From the IMG/VR virus record IMGVR_UViG_3300042507_004106: a DNA stretch of 64,000 nucleotides. The stretch is one strand, 5' to 3'. This stretch comes from a virus. Taxonomy: Duplodnaviria; Caudoviricetes. The notes under the pieces are model-generated. The model worked only from the letters and a program-made list of their open reading frames with translations, was not told where the DNA came from and did no database searches. Every line of letters begins with the position of its first letter. Positions within the stretch are counted from its first letter, which is position 1. A program made the position numbers and the translations under genes. Shown in pieces: positions 17,602-28,448 of this stretch.

Positions 17602-19642
17602 TACAATCTACTTGACTCGTTACTTCTGTCTTCAGTTCAGATAATAGACCAATGACTGGTTTTAATATTGCTCCAGATCCAGTTGTTGAATTTACTGTAA
17701 TAACTGGAAGTGTAGAAATCTCTGTAGTATTTATTGGTTGTGCCGAAATGATAAATCCATTATCTACTGTTAGACTATAAGTATTTCCAAAGTTATCTGA
17801 GGCAGTATCAGATGCCGAATATCCAGTCCCTGAAGATTGAACAGTAACATCAACAACACCATAAGGTTGTGTATTATATTGTTCAGATATTGGATATCCC
17901 TCTCCAGAAGAAGTAATGTAAATAGAAGTCACTTCACCATTGCTATTGATTACTGCTCTACCCTTAGCACCGTATCCTAATCCACAATTATCAGTAATTT
18001 CTACAAATGGTGGGAATCTATATCCAGATCCACTGTTTGTGATAATCGCTCCAATAACGCCTGCTACTTGATTTCCACTTTGAATTATTCCCGAATTCTC
18101 AATCGCAGTTCCAAAGATAGGAACTGCCGTTGCACCAAGTCCACCGCCACCAAATATATTAATTTGTGCAGGACCACAACTTGTTGGAAGTCCAGTATAA
18201 CATTGACTTAAAGCGTTGACTGCATCGGAAAGAAGAGAACCATCTATAAAAATATCTGCAAGATTTTTTGCTTGTCCAGCAATTCCCTGAACAGTGCCTT
18301 GAGCATTCTGAATAGTCTCAATTACCGCATTAGCATTATTTAATACATCAAATATACCATTAAATGCTTTTTCAATATCAGTCTGTTTCTTTGGACCAGA
18401 ACCAATGACCCATTCTTTTACTCCATCACATTTGGTATTAGTTTGATTACAATCAAACAGACCACCTAAAGATTTAATTGCGTCAATTGTTCCCGTTATA
18501 AAATCAACAACATCAAATGCTCCCAGAAGAGCAGAAACTCCATCTAATGCTGCCGATAATCCATCTGCAACAGCGTCTACAATCGATGTGAGTAAAACTC
18601 CTACGAACTGCTCTACAGCACAAGAAGCAAACTGTTTTACATTTTCAATAACTGAAGTAAGTAAATCAACAATAAGATCTTTTAATCCCTCAACAATAGC
18701 GTTAGCAACACAAGAAAGTGCTTGCTCCAAAACTTTGATTGGAATTACGAAAACTTCATTCGATTTATATCCTGCAGTATGGGCAGCTGCTGGACTTCCA
18801 GTTGCAGCAAAAACAGAAGCATAAACTGTTTCGTAAATTGCTTTCAATGTTTTTGGAATAATTCCTGGTTTTTCTTCAGTTCCAACCAAAAAGTTGTAAA
18901 TTGAGTCCATAATCGCACCAACTAACCAGTTGAGAGATGACTTAATTACTTCAGCAGTATTTGCAATTGCTTGTCTATACTCCTCAATCTTCCCCTTGCC
19001 TTCTTCAACTGATTTTAATAGATTACTAACTTCATTTTTAATTGTTTTAATTGTTGTGTCTTCACAAGTGTCTGCAAAAACAACCTCCTTACCAATCCCA
19101 CTATAGGAATAAAGTTCTCCCAACCTTTTGGCGACTTCTGGTGGTACTTGTCTTGGGCTTAACTGAGATGTTGGAGTTGCTTCGTTAGTTTGATTTGCAT
19201 AATTTCTACCAGTTCCATTTGGAGTTGGTATATTAGATGTATAACCAGTAAAAGGGATAAATGGATTTTTATATTCACCATTGGAATATTGATCCGTTCT
19301 TCCCAAAGCTCCCATAATGACGGGAATTTGAGAATTATCCCCATCTAAATAAAATCCAATTACAATATCACCCTGACTTAATTTTGGGTTTACTGCATAG
19401 TTTGCTGCTCCAGTTCCCGCAGTCGTTGGGAGCATTACTTGCGCCCAAGGAAGATCCTCATCTGTTAAAGACTTATTATCTAAAGGATGATACCCTAGAA
19501 TTCTAACTTTATATCTTCTACCCCAACCACCATTATAATTTTGTTGGTCTTCTTGAACTGCGATTGGTGCAATCTGCCCAATCCACCAACGGAATCCATC
19601 TCTACCAATGAAATGACTTTGAAGTAATGATTGGTCTAACAT
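17594..19642 (-). CDS. gp5: Baseplate central spike, gp5-like (N-terminal OB fold; no lysozyme domain recognised)
   Basis: FRWWIGQI...RYKVRILGYH...LPWAQVMLP...VIGFYLDGDNSQIPVIMG. Confidence 0.85.
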   Translation of the reverse strand: MLDQSLLQSHFIGRDGFRWWIGQIAPIAVQEDQQNYNGGWGRRYKVRILGYHPLDNKSLTDEDLPWAQVMLPTTAGTGAANYAVNPKLSQGDIVIGFYLDGDNSQIPVIMGALGRTDQYSNGEYKNPFIPFTGYTSNIPTPNGTGRNYANQTNEATPTSQLSPRQVPPEVAKRLGELYSYSGIGKEVVFADTCEDTTIKTIKNEVSNLLKSVEEGKGKIEEYRQAIANTAEVIKSSLNWLVGAIMDSIYNFLVGTEEKPGIIPKTLKAIYETVYASVFAATGSPAAAHTAGYKSNEVFVIPIKVLEQALSCVANAIVEGLKDLIVDLLTSVIENVKQFASCAVEQFVGVLLTSIVDAVADGLSAALDGVSALLGAFDVVDFITGTIDAIKSLGGLFDCNQTNTKCDGVKEWVIGSGPKKQTDIEKAFNGIFDVLNNANAVIETIQNAQGTVQGIAGQAKNLADIFIDGSLLSDAVNALSQCYTGLPTSCGPAQINIFGGGGLGATAVPIFGTAIENSGIIQSGNQVAGVIGAIITNSGSGYRFPPFVEITDNCGLGYGAKGRAVINSNGEVTSIYITSSGEGYPISEQYNTQPYGVVDVTVQSSGTGYSASDTASDNFGNTYSLTVDNGFIISAQPINTTEISTLPVITVNSTTGSGAILKPVIGLLSELKTEVTSQVDCIV

Positions 19643-19648
19643 TTATTT

Positions 19649-21007
19649 TTACTCTTTAATTCCAAAGGTATCTCTAACTAATTTCAGTGAAGTATATGAA
19701 TTCTGTGCGTCAAAATGATGACATAACTCCTTAATCATATATAGACCACTTTGATCATTATCATATTCTCTAGCAGGTCCTCTAGAAATTTTAGGGAATA
19801 AGCACTCAATAATATCACCCGCTCTCAAGTTAGTATTTGATGGGATCATCATATTCAGGGTTTGAGTAAACATATTATTATATCTCATTATCGTTTGAGA
19901 TTGATATTCAATTGGATCCGCATTTAAATCTTTAGAAGCACCTACTTCCATTGTTCCAATATCAAGAATTCCAGTTATGATTCTTGTTGGTAAATCTCCC
20001 AGTGTTTCATCAGAGGTATCGGAAATTTTTGGAAGAGTAATTTCATCTTCGCCAAGATTTTCAACCTTACTTACATAATCTTCTCTTTTAAAAATATCTT
20101 TTCCTGGAGGAGTAATCTGACCTGTTAGTGGATTAAAGAATATTCTCTGGCTAGAATAGGTGCCCAATCTCATTTTTTCAATCAAATTCTGATTTCTTTC
20201 AACAAAGTAATTTAAAATTTTAAAATTATTGTCTACCTTTTTACCTTCGTTATCATAAGATTCTGTTGCCTCACTATAAATGTAAACTGCCTTTTTTGTT
20301 TGCTTGTTCAGTAAATCAATTGATCTAAATTGGAATCCATCAACAGTTTGATAAAAGAAAAATCCTGCTGTTCCACCCTGAGCATTTATGGAAGAGTTTT
20401 GGTTTTCTGAAACAGATGGAACACCTTTTGATGCTAACCAAGTCAGCACGGTAAAAGGTTTTCTCATATTACCAATGAATCCATAAGTATTTGATGTTTT
20501 ATCAGCAGTTATAGATTTATCAGTTCTTAATATGTTTGAAATAATTGAGCTGGCGGATTCGTGAATTGGTAAAGATGTTGGATACTTTCCATATACTCTT
20601 GTTGTCTCATTTGTGATTGCTTCTCTTGAAACCAAATGCAATGTAAAACTTTCTCTATTGTTTTCTATAACAGCATCACTTATACTTGAAACATAAAGAT
20701 AGTCTTTATTATCTGTTAGAAAATCTAATCCAGGATTAGTGGTAGAATTTCCCGCAATTTTCAAAGCAACTCGTTCTCCGCCCCTAAGAGGAAGACCGTT
20801 ATAAATTGATTGCTTCTGAGCGTCTTTACTTTTTGGAGAAACAACAGTATTACCTGTGTTTATAACTCTAATCTTAGCAGTAACTGTTGGTGAAAATACA
20901 TCTTCATAATAATCAATATTAACAGAACCTGCTGTAATATCAACAGATCTACTTCTGTCTGCGGATTCTATGAGTATTTGTTCAAATAGAGAGCGTTGAA
21001 TGGACAT
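19649..21007 (-). CDS. Baseplate hub / tail structural protein (gp27-like position)
   Basis: 452 aa directly upstream of gp5; C-terminal LRAGDII...SGLYMIKELCHHFD motif of hub proteins. Confidence 0.6.
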   Translation of the reverse strand: MSIQRSLFEQILIESADRSRSVDITAGSVNIDYYEDVFSPTVTAKIRVINTGNTVVSPKSKDAQKQSIYNGLPLRGGERVALKIAGNSTTNPGLDFLTDNKDYLYVSSISDAVIENNRESFTLHLVSREAITNETTRVYGKYPTSLPIHESASSIISNILRTDKSITADKTSNTYGFIGNMRKPFTVLTWLASKGVPSVSENQNSSINAQGGTAGFFFYQTVDGFQFRSIDLLNKQTKKAVYIYSEATESYDNEGKKVDNNFKILNYFVERNQNLIEKMRLGTYSSQRIFFNPLTGQITPPGKDIFKREDYVSKVENLGEDEITLPKISDTSDETLGDLPTRIITGILDIGTMEVGASKDLNADPIEYQSQTIMRYNNMFTQTLNMMIPSNTNLRAGDIIECLFPKISRGPAREYDNDQSGLYMIKELCHHFDAQNSYTSLKLVRDTFGIKE

Positions 21008-22989
21008 TATACGTAATTTAAATCCAAGAGAAGTTTGTTTTTGATAAAATTATTTAACAAAGCTGATTTATCAATTTGAATATCAATACCAGAATCTCCA
21101 CCCGCTGCTATTATTTGTTGAACAGATTCCTGCCTATCATCAATTACAACCACCTTTCTACCACTTCTTTCTTGAGTAATTCCATCCGCAACACCATTCA
21201 AATAAGATTGACCTTCCATATCAACTTCACTTTGAGTTTGTGTTGCTACAGAAGGAGTTCTTGGGGTAAGTGTTGTTGTTGGTTGTGCTGCTGGAGAAAA
21301 TTTACCAGTTAATGGATTCTTTGAAAGTAATAGTAAGCGAACATAAGGTTCAGGATTTCCTGCTCCACCACCAAGACTTGATCCTTTTATCGTATCATAC
21401 TCAAAGTGAATGTGAGGTCCACTAGAGTTTCCACTAGATCCAACTTGAGCAAAAGATGTTCCCGCAGGTATTTTTGATAATTTATTTGGTCTAGATGCTA
21501 GGTGTGCAAATCTAAGTTGAACCCCTAAAGAAGGAACCCAAACATCAAGGACGTGACCATAACCACCCTCTTGATACCCATATGCTACCCATTCTGCATC
21601 CACTCTAAGTGCAATATGAGTCCCAAGAGGAGCACGAATATCAATTCCCTTATGAGAACCTCCTCTCCCAAGATATAAGTCCCCAATTTCAATATAATCA
21701 ACATTTCTTCCTAGAGATTTTGTAAGGATGTCTTTTTTTACTAATCGTCTCTGTCCTGCTAGTGGTGGAGGTACTGGTAAAGGGGTTGGAGTTACTTTTG
21801 CTGTTGGAGGTGTAGTAGTGGTTCCAAAATTTGGAACTGATGCGGTTTTTGTTCCTCTATAATTATATTCCCATCCAAACCAATTATCTCCAGATTTTCT
21901 TTGTATGCTTCCCGGGACATCATATCCTTTAAAATCTGTTCTTCCACCAACAAATTTTGCTGCATTTTTTTGAAGTGTTGGATTTTGTATATTTCTAGCT
22001 ACACTTTGAATTGCTGCAACAGAAAGACCAGAAGCTTTTGCTGCAGATTCTGCATCTGTTATACTGTACCACTCTTTATTTGGTTGTCCATATTTACCTT
22101 TTTTAGGACGTTCCCAGGTTGGTTGATATTGTTCATATCTTAATATCAGACTACGAATACTTTTAGATCCATAAGCACCAGATGCTGCCCTGTTATAAAT
22201 TGATTGTGCAACATCTGCTTGCCCTTGTGGATCTCCATCTTCTCTAGACGCAACAGCAACTAAAGTCCAAAAATCAGCATTACCACCACCAACTGAAGGT
22301 TGTTGTGGTTGTTCAGGTTTTTCAAATCCTGGTAGTATTGAAGGAATTTGTTTATAAGCGTCGGGAACTTTCTCTATTGCACTAAAAGGTTTCAATAAAA
22401 CATCAAATGCAGAACTAATACCTTCACCGAGGTCATCAATTGATAATTTCAATTCATTTAAAGAACTTCTGACCAGAAACGAATCGTCTGTGAAATCAAA
22501 TCTAGAAACATTCACTAGTGCTGAATTCATTACACCACCGATGTTGGATATTAAACGAACGAGTTCATCACCGTAATTACTCAAAATATTTCCAGCTTGC
22601 AGTATTCTTTGTGAAAATTGTTCACCTAATCCAATCCAAGTAGGCAAATTTCCAAGAATCCAACCAGCAGACATATATCCAACAAATCCTAATAATCTAT
22701 CTACAATACTAGTTCCTTTATCCATCGAGGATAAGATCCTAAAACCCTTTGGTCTAATCGCTAGAATTGGCGCTGCTAATCTATCTTTTATAACATTCCT
22801 TTTCTCAGATTCAATTCTTCTCATTCTAAAAGTTTTGGTTTTAGAATATAAATTTCTTTTTTCTGCAATATTCTGGTTAAGAATTTTTGATATATTTAAG
22901 ACATTTGCCTTACTCTTTTCAGATACTTTCTTTGTGGAAAATATTGCACCCGTAATTGATTTTAGAGAAAGTGGAGAAGATATTGCCAT
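21007..22989 (-). CDS. Tail-associated peptidoglycan hydrolase: SleB-like domain + M23 peptidase
   Basis: TLVAVASREDGDPQGQADVAQSIYNR (Hydrolase_2-like); HKGID...RFAHL...GSSGNSSGPHIHFE (M23). Confidence 0.75.
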   Translation of the reverse strand: MAISSPLSLKSITGAIFSTKKVSEKSKANVLNISKILNQNIAEKRNLYSKTKTFRMRRIESEKRNVIKDRLAAPILAIRPKGFRILSSMDKGTSIVDRLLGFVGYMSAGWILGNLPTWIGLGEQFSQRILQAGNILSNYGDELVRLISNIGGVMNSALVNVSRFDFTDDSFLVRSSLNELKLSIDDLGEGISSAFDVLLKPFSAIEKVPDAYKQIPSILPGFEKPEQPQQPSVGGGNADFWTLVAVASREDGDPQGQADVAQSIYNRAASGAYGSKSIRSLILRYEQYQPTWERPKKGKYGQPNKEWYSITDAESAAKASGLSVAAIQSVARNIQNPTLQKNAAKFVGGRTDFKGYDVPGSIQRKSGDNWFGWEYNYRGTKTASVPNFGTTTTPPTAKVTPTPLPVPPPLAGQRRLVKKDILTKSLGRNVDYIEIGDLYLGRGGSHKGIDIRAPLGTHIALRVDAEWVAYGYQEGGYGHVLDVWVPSLGVQLRFAHLASRPNKLSKIPAGTSFAQVGSSGNSSGPHIHFEYDTIKGSSLGGGAGNPEPYVRLLLLSKNPLTGKFSPAAQPTTTLTPRTPSVATQTQSEVDMEGQSYLNGVADGITQERSGRKVVVIDDRQESVQQIIAAGGDSGIDIQIDKSALLNNFIKNKLLLDLNYV

Positions 22990-22990
22990 T

Positions 22991-24247
22991 TTATATCACC
23001 ACATTATAACTTACTTGAGCATATAAAGTGTAAAAATTATCAGAATTTCCAGAAGGTATCAAAGGAACATCAGTAATATTCACCGAACCACCGCCAGTTA
23101 TAGTTGGTTGTTCTTTTTGCCCAGATTGCAAGTAGACCACATCTGGTGTAGGTTCTGGTAATGGTCCAACTGATCGTGTAAGTGGTGGAGTTGTTTGAAC
23201 TTGGGAAGTGAAAGGAACAACTGGAATAGTTCTTGTGGTAGTGGGTGGATTATCTGCAACTGGGACATTGACTTCTTTAGCAGGAGCATCAAGATTTGCA
23301 GACCCAAACATATTATTTTTCAAATCAGAAAAAGTTTTTGAAAAATCAGGCAATGGTGGTAAAGAAAATCCTTGTTTTGGAAGTATATTATCCATCTTCA
23401 TTCCACCACCTGTGGAGATTTCATATACAATACTTGCTAAAGTTGCAGGAAGTTGTATTGGGGATGGAATTGTTGCTGCACCACTAAGTCCCGCTCCCAA
23501 AATATCACCCTCTTGTACATTTTGTGCAGTAGCAAATGCACCCAACCCAAATCCACCTATTCTTAAAGCTCTGGATTTTAGTATTTGAGAGAATAAATTT
23601 CCACTAGACAATGTAGGTGTGCTAGATGCAGCAGCCGCTGCTGCTCGTGTTGAAGGAGCAGCAGCACCAGACTTTCCAAAAAGATTTTTAAAAATTTCAG
23701 CAATTGCTTTAAAAGGAGAAGCAGCTAAAGCAGTAGCACTCTTAATAATTCTCCCAGTTACATTTCTAACTCCAGAAATAACAGATATAAAACCACTTCT
23801 CAGAAGATTAAATCCATTACCAATGAATTCAAAAGCACTTTTAACTACTGTGGATATTTTTTTAAAAGTTCCAATAATTCCAGAAATTCCAGAATTTATA
23901 AACTTAATAGTTCCAGCAGCAAATACTCCAGTAAAAAGAAACTTAAGAGAATCAGTGATTCTACTAAAAACTGAAGTTAATGTTTTCTCTACTTTTTTAA
24001 CTGGTTGGATTAGAGCGGCAGAAATTCTTTGCTGTAGTTGTTCTTCCTGCCCAACTCTAATTTCTCTTTCTGCAAGTAATCTTTCTTGTTCTGCTTCATT
24101 ACGAAGTCTCTGCTGATCTAAGGCAGCATCAGTCTGTATCAATCCCGCAACATTTTGAAGTCCAGAATTAATCGTGAAAACCTCTGAACGGATAGTATTT
24201 AATTGTTCTCTGAGACCTACAAGTGCTGTAGCATTCTCTTTATCCAT
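22991..24247 (-). CDS. Tape-measure-like / baseplate hub protein
   Basis: 418 aa, coiled-coil and Ala/Gly-rich helices; position after gp51. Confidence 0.5.
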   Translation of the reverse strand: MDKENATALVGLREQLNTIRSEVFTINSGLQNVAGLIQTDAALDQQRLRNEAEQERLLAEREIRVGQEEQLQQRISAALIQPVKKVEKTLTSVFSRITDSLKFLFTGVFAAGTIKFINSGISGIIGTFKKISTVVKSAFEFIGNGFNLLRSGFISVISGVRNVTGRIIKSATALAASPFKAIAEIFKNLFGKSGAAAPSTRAAAAAASSTPTLSSGNLFSQILKSRALRIGGFGLGAFATAQNVQEGDILGAGLSGAATIPSPIQLPATLASIVYEISTGGGMKMDNILPKQGFSLPPLPDFSKTFSDLKNNMFGSANLDAPAKEVNVPVADNPPTTTRTIPVVPFTSQVQTTPPLTRSVGPLPEPTPDVVYLQSGQKEQPTITGGGSVNITDVPLIPSGNSDNFYTLYAQVSYNVVI

Positions 24248-24413
24248 TAGATGAGTTCCTTAGATTTTCTTCTTCAATATATTGATGAAGGAGACTTACA
24301 TAAATTTCCCTTTCCCAAGGGATCATATTTTCTAATTCAGTCAAAGAGTATTTATGATGCTGAACCAGAGCAAAATTAGTTTTATAGTATGACGCAAGAT
24401 CTACATGCGCCAT
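24240..24413 (-). CDS. gp51: Baseplate hub assembly catalyst gp51
   Basis: MAHVDLASYYKTNFALVQHHKYSLTELENMIPWEREIYV; read manually; follows gp26. Confidence 0.85.
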   Translation of the reverse strand: MAHVDLASYYKTNFALVQHHKYSLTELENMIPWEREIYVSLLHQYIEEENLRNSSNG

Positions 24414-24415
24414 GG

Positions 24416-25135
24416 CTAGGCGAAAAAAGACGCTAAACCCTCCAAAAGAACTTCACTTTCAACACCAGTATTTGGATTTTTTACTTTAAGTGTATGAGAA
24501 AGTTTGGGCATTGTTTCAAAGAACTTTTCAATTTCTTTAAACTGCTTTGAACTCAGTTGCTCCAAAAAGTCATTCAATTCTTTTTTAGTAACATCGGAAG
24601 TTGTCCAGGACTCTTCTTCACTATAAATTTGTTCAATACAAGAAGATATCATACTAAACGTATCATCAACATTCATATCATTCTGGTTTACAAAATTGTT
24701 CTTCACGAATTCTTGCATTGAAGGATATTTCATCCTCATTGTAAGATTTTTATCCAATTTAATGTCTCTACTATGCTCTGGATTCACAACCACAGAAATT
24801 TCATCTAGGTTGATACTTACAGGAACTTGAGTTACCCCATCATCTGGACAAGTGATGAGAACATCAATATCCTCTCCAACTGATTTTCCGCGAATATTGA
24901 GGAAAAGATACTCAATATCAAACGTTGAAAGTTGATCAACTTTTATTCCTTTGGTTATGATGCAGTTTCCAATAACTGTTTTAACTGCTTCTGAAATTTG
25001 CTTTGGATCTTCACTCTCCATAGCAATAATCAGAATTTTTTCTTCCCTAACAAGAAAGGGGCGATACTTAATTGATTTTTTTAGTGAAGGAATCTCCAAC
25101 TCATAAACAGGAGTTTCTATCTTAGGTAATGGCAT
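24416..25135 (-). CDS. gp26: Baseplate hub subunit gp26
   Basis: MPLPKIETPVYELEIPS...YRPFLVREEKIL...FDIEYLFLNIRGKSVGE. Confidence 0.9.
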   Translation of the reverse strand: MPLPKIETPVYELEIPSLKKSIKYRPFLVREEKILIIAMESEDPKQISEAVKTVIGNCIITKGIKVDQLSTFDIEYLFLNIRGKSVGEDIDVLITCPDDGVTQVPVSINLDEISVVVNPEHSRDIKLDKNLTMRMKYPSMQEFVKNNFVNQNDMNVDDTFSMISSCIEQIYSEEESWTTSDVTKKELNDFLEQLSSKQFKEIEKFFETMPKLSHTLKVKNPNTGVESEVLLEGLASFFA

Positions 25136-25184
25136 ATCAATGCAATGATAAATCTATAAAATTATTTAGTGGGGTACAAAAATA

Positions 25185-25979
25185 TTACTCTATGATAGTT
25201 GGAATTACGCTTCCAGGTGGTGTGAAGGTTCTTCTGACTCCACTCTCGTTACCAAGAGATTGACCAGTTCTAGGAATTAAACGGCGAACTTCATCACTTG
25301 GGGTTTGTGCAGAAGTTGGATCTACATTATTTGCATCTCCAGTAAATACATTAAGACTCATTGCTCTACCAGCAATATATCTGTCGTATTGGAAAGATGC
25401 TGATACTTTCAATACTTCGGACTGAGCATATGTAATTGCTGGAGAACTAATTGAAATAGGCCAAAGACCAATAAAACGATATTCAATTTCAGAATTATAA
25501 TCTCTATCAAATTTAATAATCTTAGTATAATTTGACTTATAATATTCTGGATATTGCATTCTTATGAAATAACTATTGTCTGCCTGACTCACGGATCCTA
25601 TTGGATTATCAATAGGATTATGAGATCCACTTGATATGAATTCCATCCAGTGTTCTAAAAACTTCAGGGTCTTATAATTATTATCTACATAAAACTCTAA
25701 ACTAATTTCATTGTATAATCTTGCAACAGCAAACTTTTCTTGAATTCCAGTAAAGTTACCATCAACTACTTTTGAACTAAACGAAGTTGTTGGTAAGGAA
25801 GCAGAATAACAGAGAAGTCCAATATCTTCTCCAATAAAAAAGGGAGACACTCCTCTACGGCTCAAATAAGATTTTAACTGTGAAGGCAATCCACCAAATA
25901 GAACTTGATAATGCGAAGTCTGTGCAAGATTCGTAAATAATGGTTTAATATCTGATATTCTACGGGGGTTTGCAGCCAC
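25185..25979 (-). CDS. Tail tube-like / baseplate-tube initiator (gp54/gp19-like)
   Basis: GTG start; LLCYSASLP...LEFYVD...FLEHWMEFI tube-fold motif; position between gp26 and gp4. Confidence 0.7.
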   Translation of the reverse strand: MAANPRRISDIKPLFTNLAQTSHYQVLFGGLPSQLKSYLSRRGVSPFFIGEDIGLLCYSASLPTTSFSSKVVDGNFTGIQEKFAVARLYNEISLEFYVDNNYKTLKFLEHWMEFISSGSHNPIDNPIGSVSQADNSYFIRMQYPEYYKSNYTKIIKFDRDYNSEIEYRFIGLWPISISSPAITYAQSEVLKVSASFQYDRYIAGRAMSLNVFTGDANNVDPTSAQTPSDEVRRLIPRTGQSLGNESGVRRTFTPPGSVIPTIIE

Positions 25980-25980
25980 T

Positions 25981-26019
25981 CTAAATACCTTATATGATTT
26001 TTATAGTATAAGTATTTAG
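25981..26019. promoter_or_regulatory. Divergent pair of late promoters (TCTAAATA on each strand)
   Basis: CTAAATA at 25981-25987 (+) and 26013-26019 (-) between divergent tail genes. Confidence 0.55.
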
Positions 26020-26454
26020 ATGTCGTATAAAGGAAAATACAAACCATCATATCCAGAAAAATACTCAGGAGATCCTACAAATATAATTTACAGGTCTCTG
26101 TGGGAGAGAAAGTTTTGTGTATATTGTGACTTAAATGAAAGCATTATTGAATGGTCTTCGGAAGAAAAATCAATTGCATATAGATCTCCCATTGATGGTA
26201 AGATACATCGATACTTCCCAGACTTTTTAATTAAGGTTAGAGAACCTAATGGATCAATCAAAAAATACGTGATTGAGATTAAACCAAGAAAACAAACTCT
26301 TCCTCCACCAAAACCTCAGAGGCAAACTAAAAAGTATATTAGTGAGGTTTACGAATATGCTAAAAATCAAGCAAAATGGGAAGCAGCAAAAGAATGGTGT
26401 GCTGATAGAGGATATGAGTTTAAAGTAATCACCGAAAAAGAACTTGGGATTTGA
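26020..26454 (+). CDS. gp4: Head completion nuclease gp4
   Basis: YKGKYKP...IYRSLWERKF...HRYFPDF...IEIKP...NQAKWEAA. Confidence 0.92.
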   Translation: MSYKGKYKPSYPEKYSGDPTNIIYRSLWERKFCVYCDLNESIIEWSSEEKSIAYRSPIDGKIHRYFPDFLIKVREPNGSIKKYVIEIKPRKQTLPPPKPQRQTKKYISEVYEYAKNQAKWEAAKEWCADRGYEFKVITEKELGI

Positions 26455-26831
26455 TCATGCCTAGAAAAACACTCCAACAAAGGAAAGTAAATAGAGTTGC
26501 TCCACTCGTTAAAAAACTGATTGGTACAGAAAGTTCTGATGACTTAATGATTGAATTGATGAGTGTTTTAAAAGAAACTAAAAGTCCTCCAGTCGCAGGT
26601 AAGTATTATGTTTTTGTGTATAACGCTAAAACTACTGGATTGCTGTATGATCAAAATCCTCTAGTTGCCGTTACTGAAGTATACAAATGGGGATTTAGAG
26701 GTATGAACTATCATTGGGGGGAGATGAGGCAATATACTTGGGATGAAGTTGCTGGTGGAATGTATGAGGTCTACGAACAAGAATTAACTGATTTAAGAAG
26801 GTTACCTTTCGGCAACATTAGAACTAAATAA
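26451..26831 (+). CDS. gp2: DNA end-protector gp2
   Basis: YYVFVYNAKT...YDQNPLV...GFRGMNYHW; T4 gp4-gp2 synteny. Confidence 0.8.
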   Translation: MIMPRKTLQQRKVNRVAPLVKKLIGTESSDDLMIELMSVLKETKSPPVAGKYYVFVYNAKTTGLLYDQNPLVAVTEVYKWGFRGMNYHWGEMRQYTWDEVAGGMYEVYEQELTDLRRLPFGNIRTK

Positions 26832-26844
26832 TTAGAAAAGATAA

Positions 26845-27798
26845 ATGCCAGACCCATCTCTTGGAACACCACAAGGAACTAACCCTCCTGCTGGAAGTAA
26901 CAAGGTTAGCACATTTAACTACAGATATCCGTTAACCAAGTTAACATCTGCGGATGATTACTTGAAAATTGATATCTTTGAATATATTCCACCAGGATTT
27001 GAAGCAATAGGTGATACTTTTGCTCTGCCCTCTTCGGATAGCGTTGGGTATAGTGATATAAAAGGAACTATTATATTACCAATTCCAGAAACTATTCAAG
27101 ATTCAAATGTTGCTATGTGGGGAGAAAGTTTTTTCAACCCTATAGCAGGAAGTGTTGCGAGGGTCGTTCAAGAAGGTCTTAATAGTAAATCACTTGATGA
27201 AGTAAGACAAAAAGCAAAAGGTGCTGCAGAGGCTGTTTTTGGAGCAGCATCATCAGGATCAACACAAAAATACTTACAAGCACTTGGAATCACTCTTGGA
27301 ACAAATGTCCTTTTAGGTGGAAGTGGTACTGATGTCGGTAAAGCAGCTTCTCGTCTTGCGGGAGTTGTTGCTAACTCAAACATTGAATTAATATTTACTG
27401 GAGTGACCTTAAGAGAAGGATTCTCATTTTCATTTGATATTGTCCCAAGATCTCAAAAAGAAGCAGAAGAAGTTAAACAAATTATTAGAACTTTTAAGAA
27501 AACTAGTGCAGTTCAAAAAGGGGCAGCAAGTGGCGCAGCTGCTGGTCTATTTTTAAAAGCACCGAATGTTTATAGAATACAATATATGAGTGGGGGAAGA
27601 CCGCACCCATATTTAAACAAATATAAAATGTGTGCTCTTCGGGGTATGGCAGTAGACTACACCGGTGGTGGAACTTATGCTACTTATTCGGATGCTACTC
27701 CGATAAGTATGCAAATGACTCTAAGTTTTCAAGAACTCACACCAATTTACGCAGAGGATTACGATACAACCATTGGTTCAGAAGGAGTTGGATACTAA
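26845..27798 (+). CDS. gp48: Baseplate tail-tube cap gp48
   Basis: NSNIELIF...R..FSFSFDIVPRS.KEAEEVKQIIRTFK...LFLKAPNVY...MQMTLSFQELTPIY. Confidence 0.88.
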   Translation: MPDPSLGTPQGTNPPAGSNKVSTFNYRYPLTKLTSADDYLKIDIFEYIPPGFEAIGDTFALPSSDSVGYSDIKGTIILPIPETIQDSNVAMWGESFFNPIAGSVARVVQEGLNSKSLDEVRQKAKGAAEAVFGAASSGSTQKYLQALGITLGTNVLLGGSGTDVGKAASRLAGVVANSNIELIFTGVTLREGFSFSFDIVPRSQKEAEEVKQIIRTFKKTSAVQKGAASGAAAGLFLKAPNVYRIQYMSGGRPHPYLNKYKMCALRGMAVDYTGGGTYATYSDATPISMQMTLSFQELTPIYAEDYDTTIGSEGVGY

Positions 27799-28448
27799 TG
27801 TCTTATTTCAGAGAACTTCCAAATTTAGAATACCAATCATTCTTATCAGATAGTAAATCTTCTGATGATTATTTGCTAGTTAAAAACCTTTTCCGTAGGG
27901 TTAAACTTCGTGATGATCTTCAAAATGTTTTTACTGTTTTTGATAAGTATCAGATCGTTGACGGTGCTAGACCAGAAACAGTTGCTGAAGAATTGTATGG
28001 TAGTCCTCAGTATGACTGGGTTGTTATTATAAGCGCAGGAATTACTAGAATTAGAGATCAATGGCCATTAAGTGATAGACAAGTCTATGATTATGCAGAA
28101 GGAATTTATGGAGATGATTTAAACGCAATTCATCATTATGAAACAACGGAAGTCAAGGATTCACAAAACAGATTGATTCTCCCTGCAGGAAAAATAGTTG
28201 ATTCAAATTTCACAATTCCAAATCCAAATTTACCAATTCAATCTTTGAATCCAGTTGTTGGTGTTACAAACTATGAGTATGAAGTTAAGAAAAATGATGA
28301 AAAGAGATCAATTTATGTTCTCAAGCCAAGATACCTGCAGCAAGTTCTTATAGACATAAGAAAAGAGATGATTTACGACAAATCATCTCAATATGTAACT
28401 AGAACTCTGATCAAGACTGAAAATACTAAGAAGTCAAATCCATTTTAA
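27798..28448 (+). CDS. gp53: Baseplate wedge subunit gp53
   Basis: Start revised to MSYFRELPNLEY (TAATG); RPETVAEELYG...DWVV...HHYET. Confidence 0.88.
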   Translation: MSYFRELPNLEYQSFLSDSKSSDDYLLVKNLFRRVKLRDDLQNVFTVFDKYQIVDGARPETVAEELYGSPQYDWVVIISAGITRIRDQWPLSDRQVYDYAEGIYGDDLNAIHHYETTEVKDSQNRLILPAGKIVDSNFTIPNPNLPIQSLNPVVGVTNYEYEVKKNDEKRSIYVLKPRYLQQVLIDIRKEMIYDKSSQYVTRTLIKTENTKKSNPF

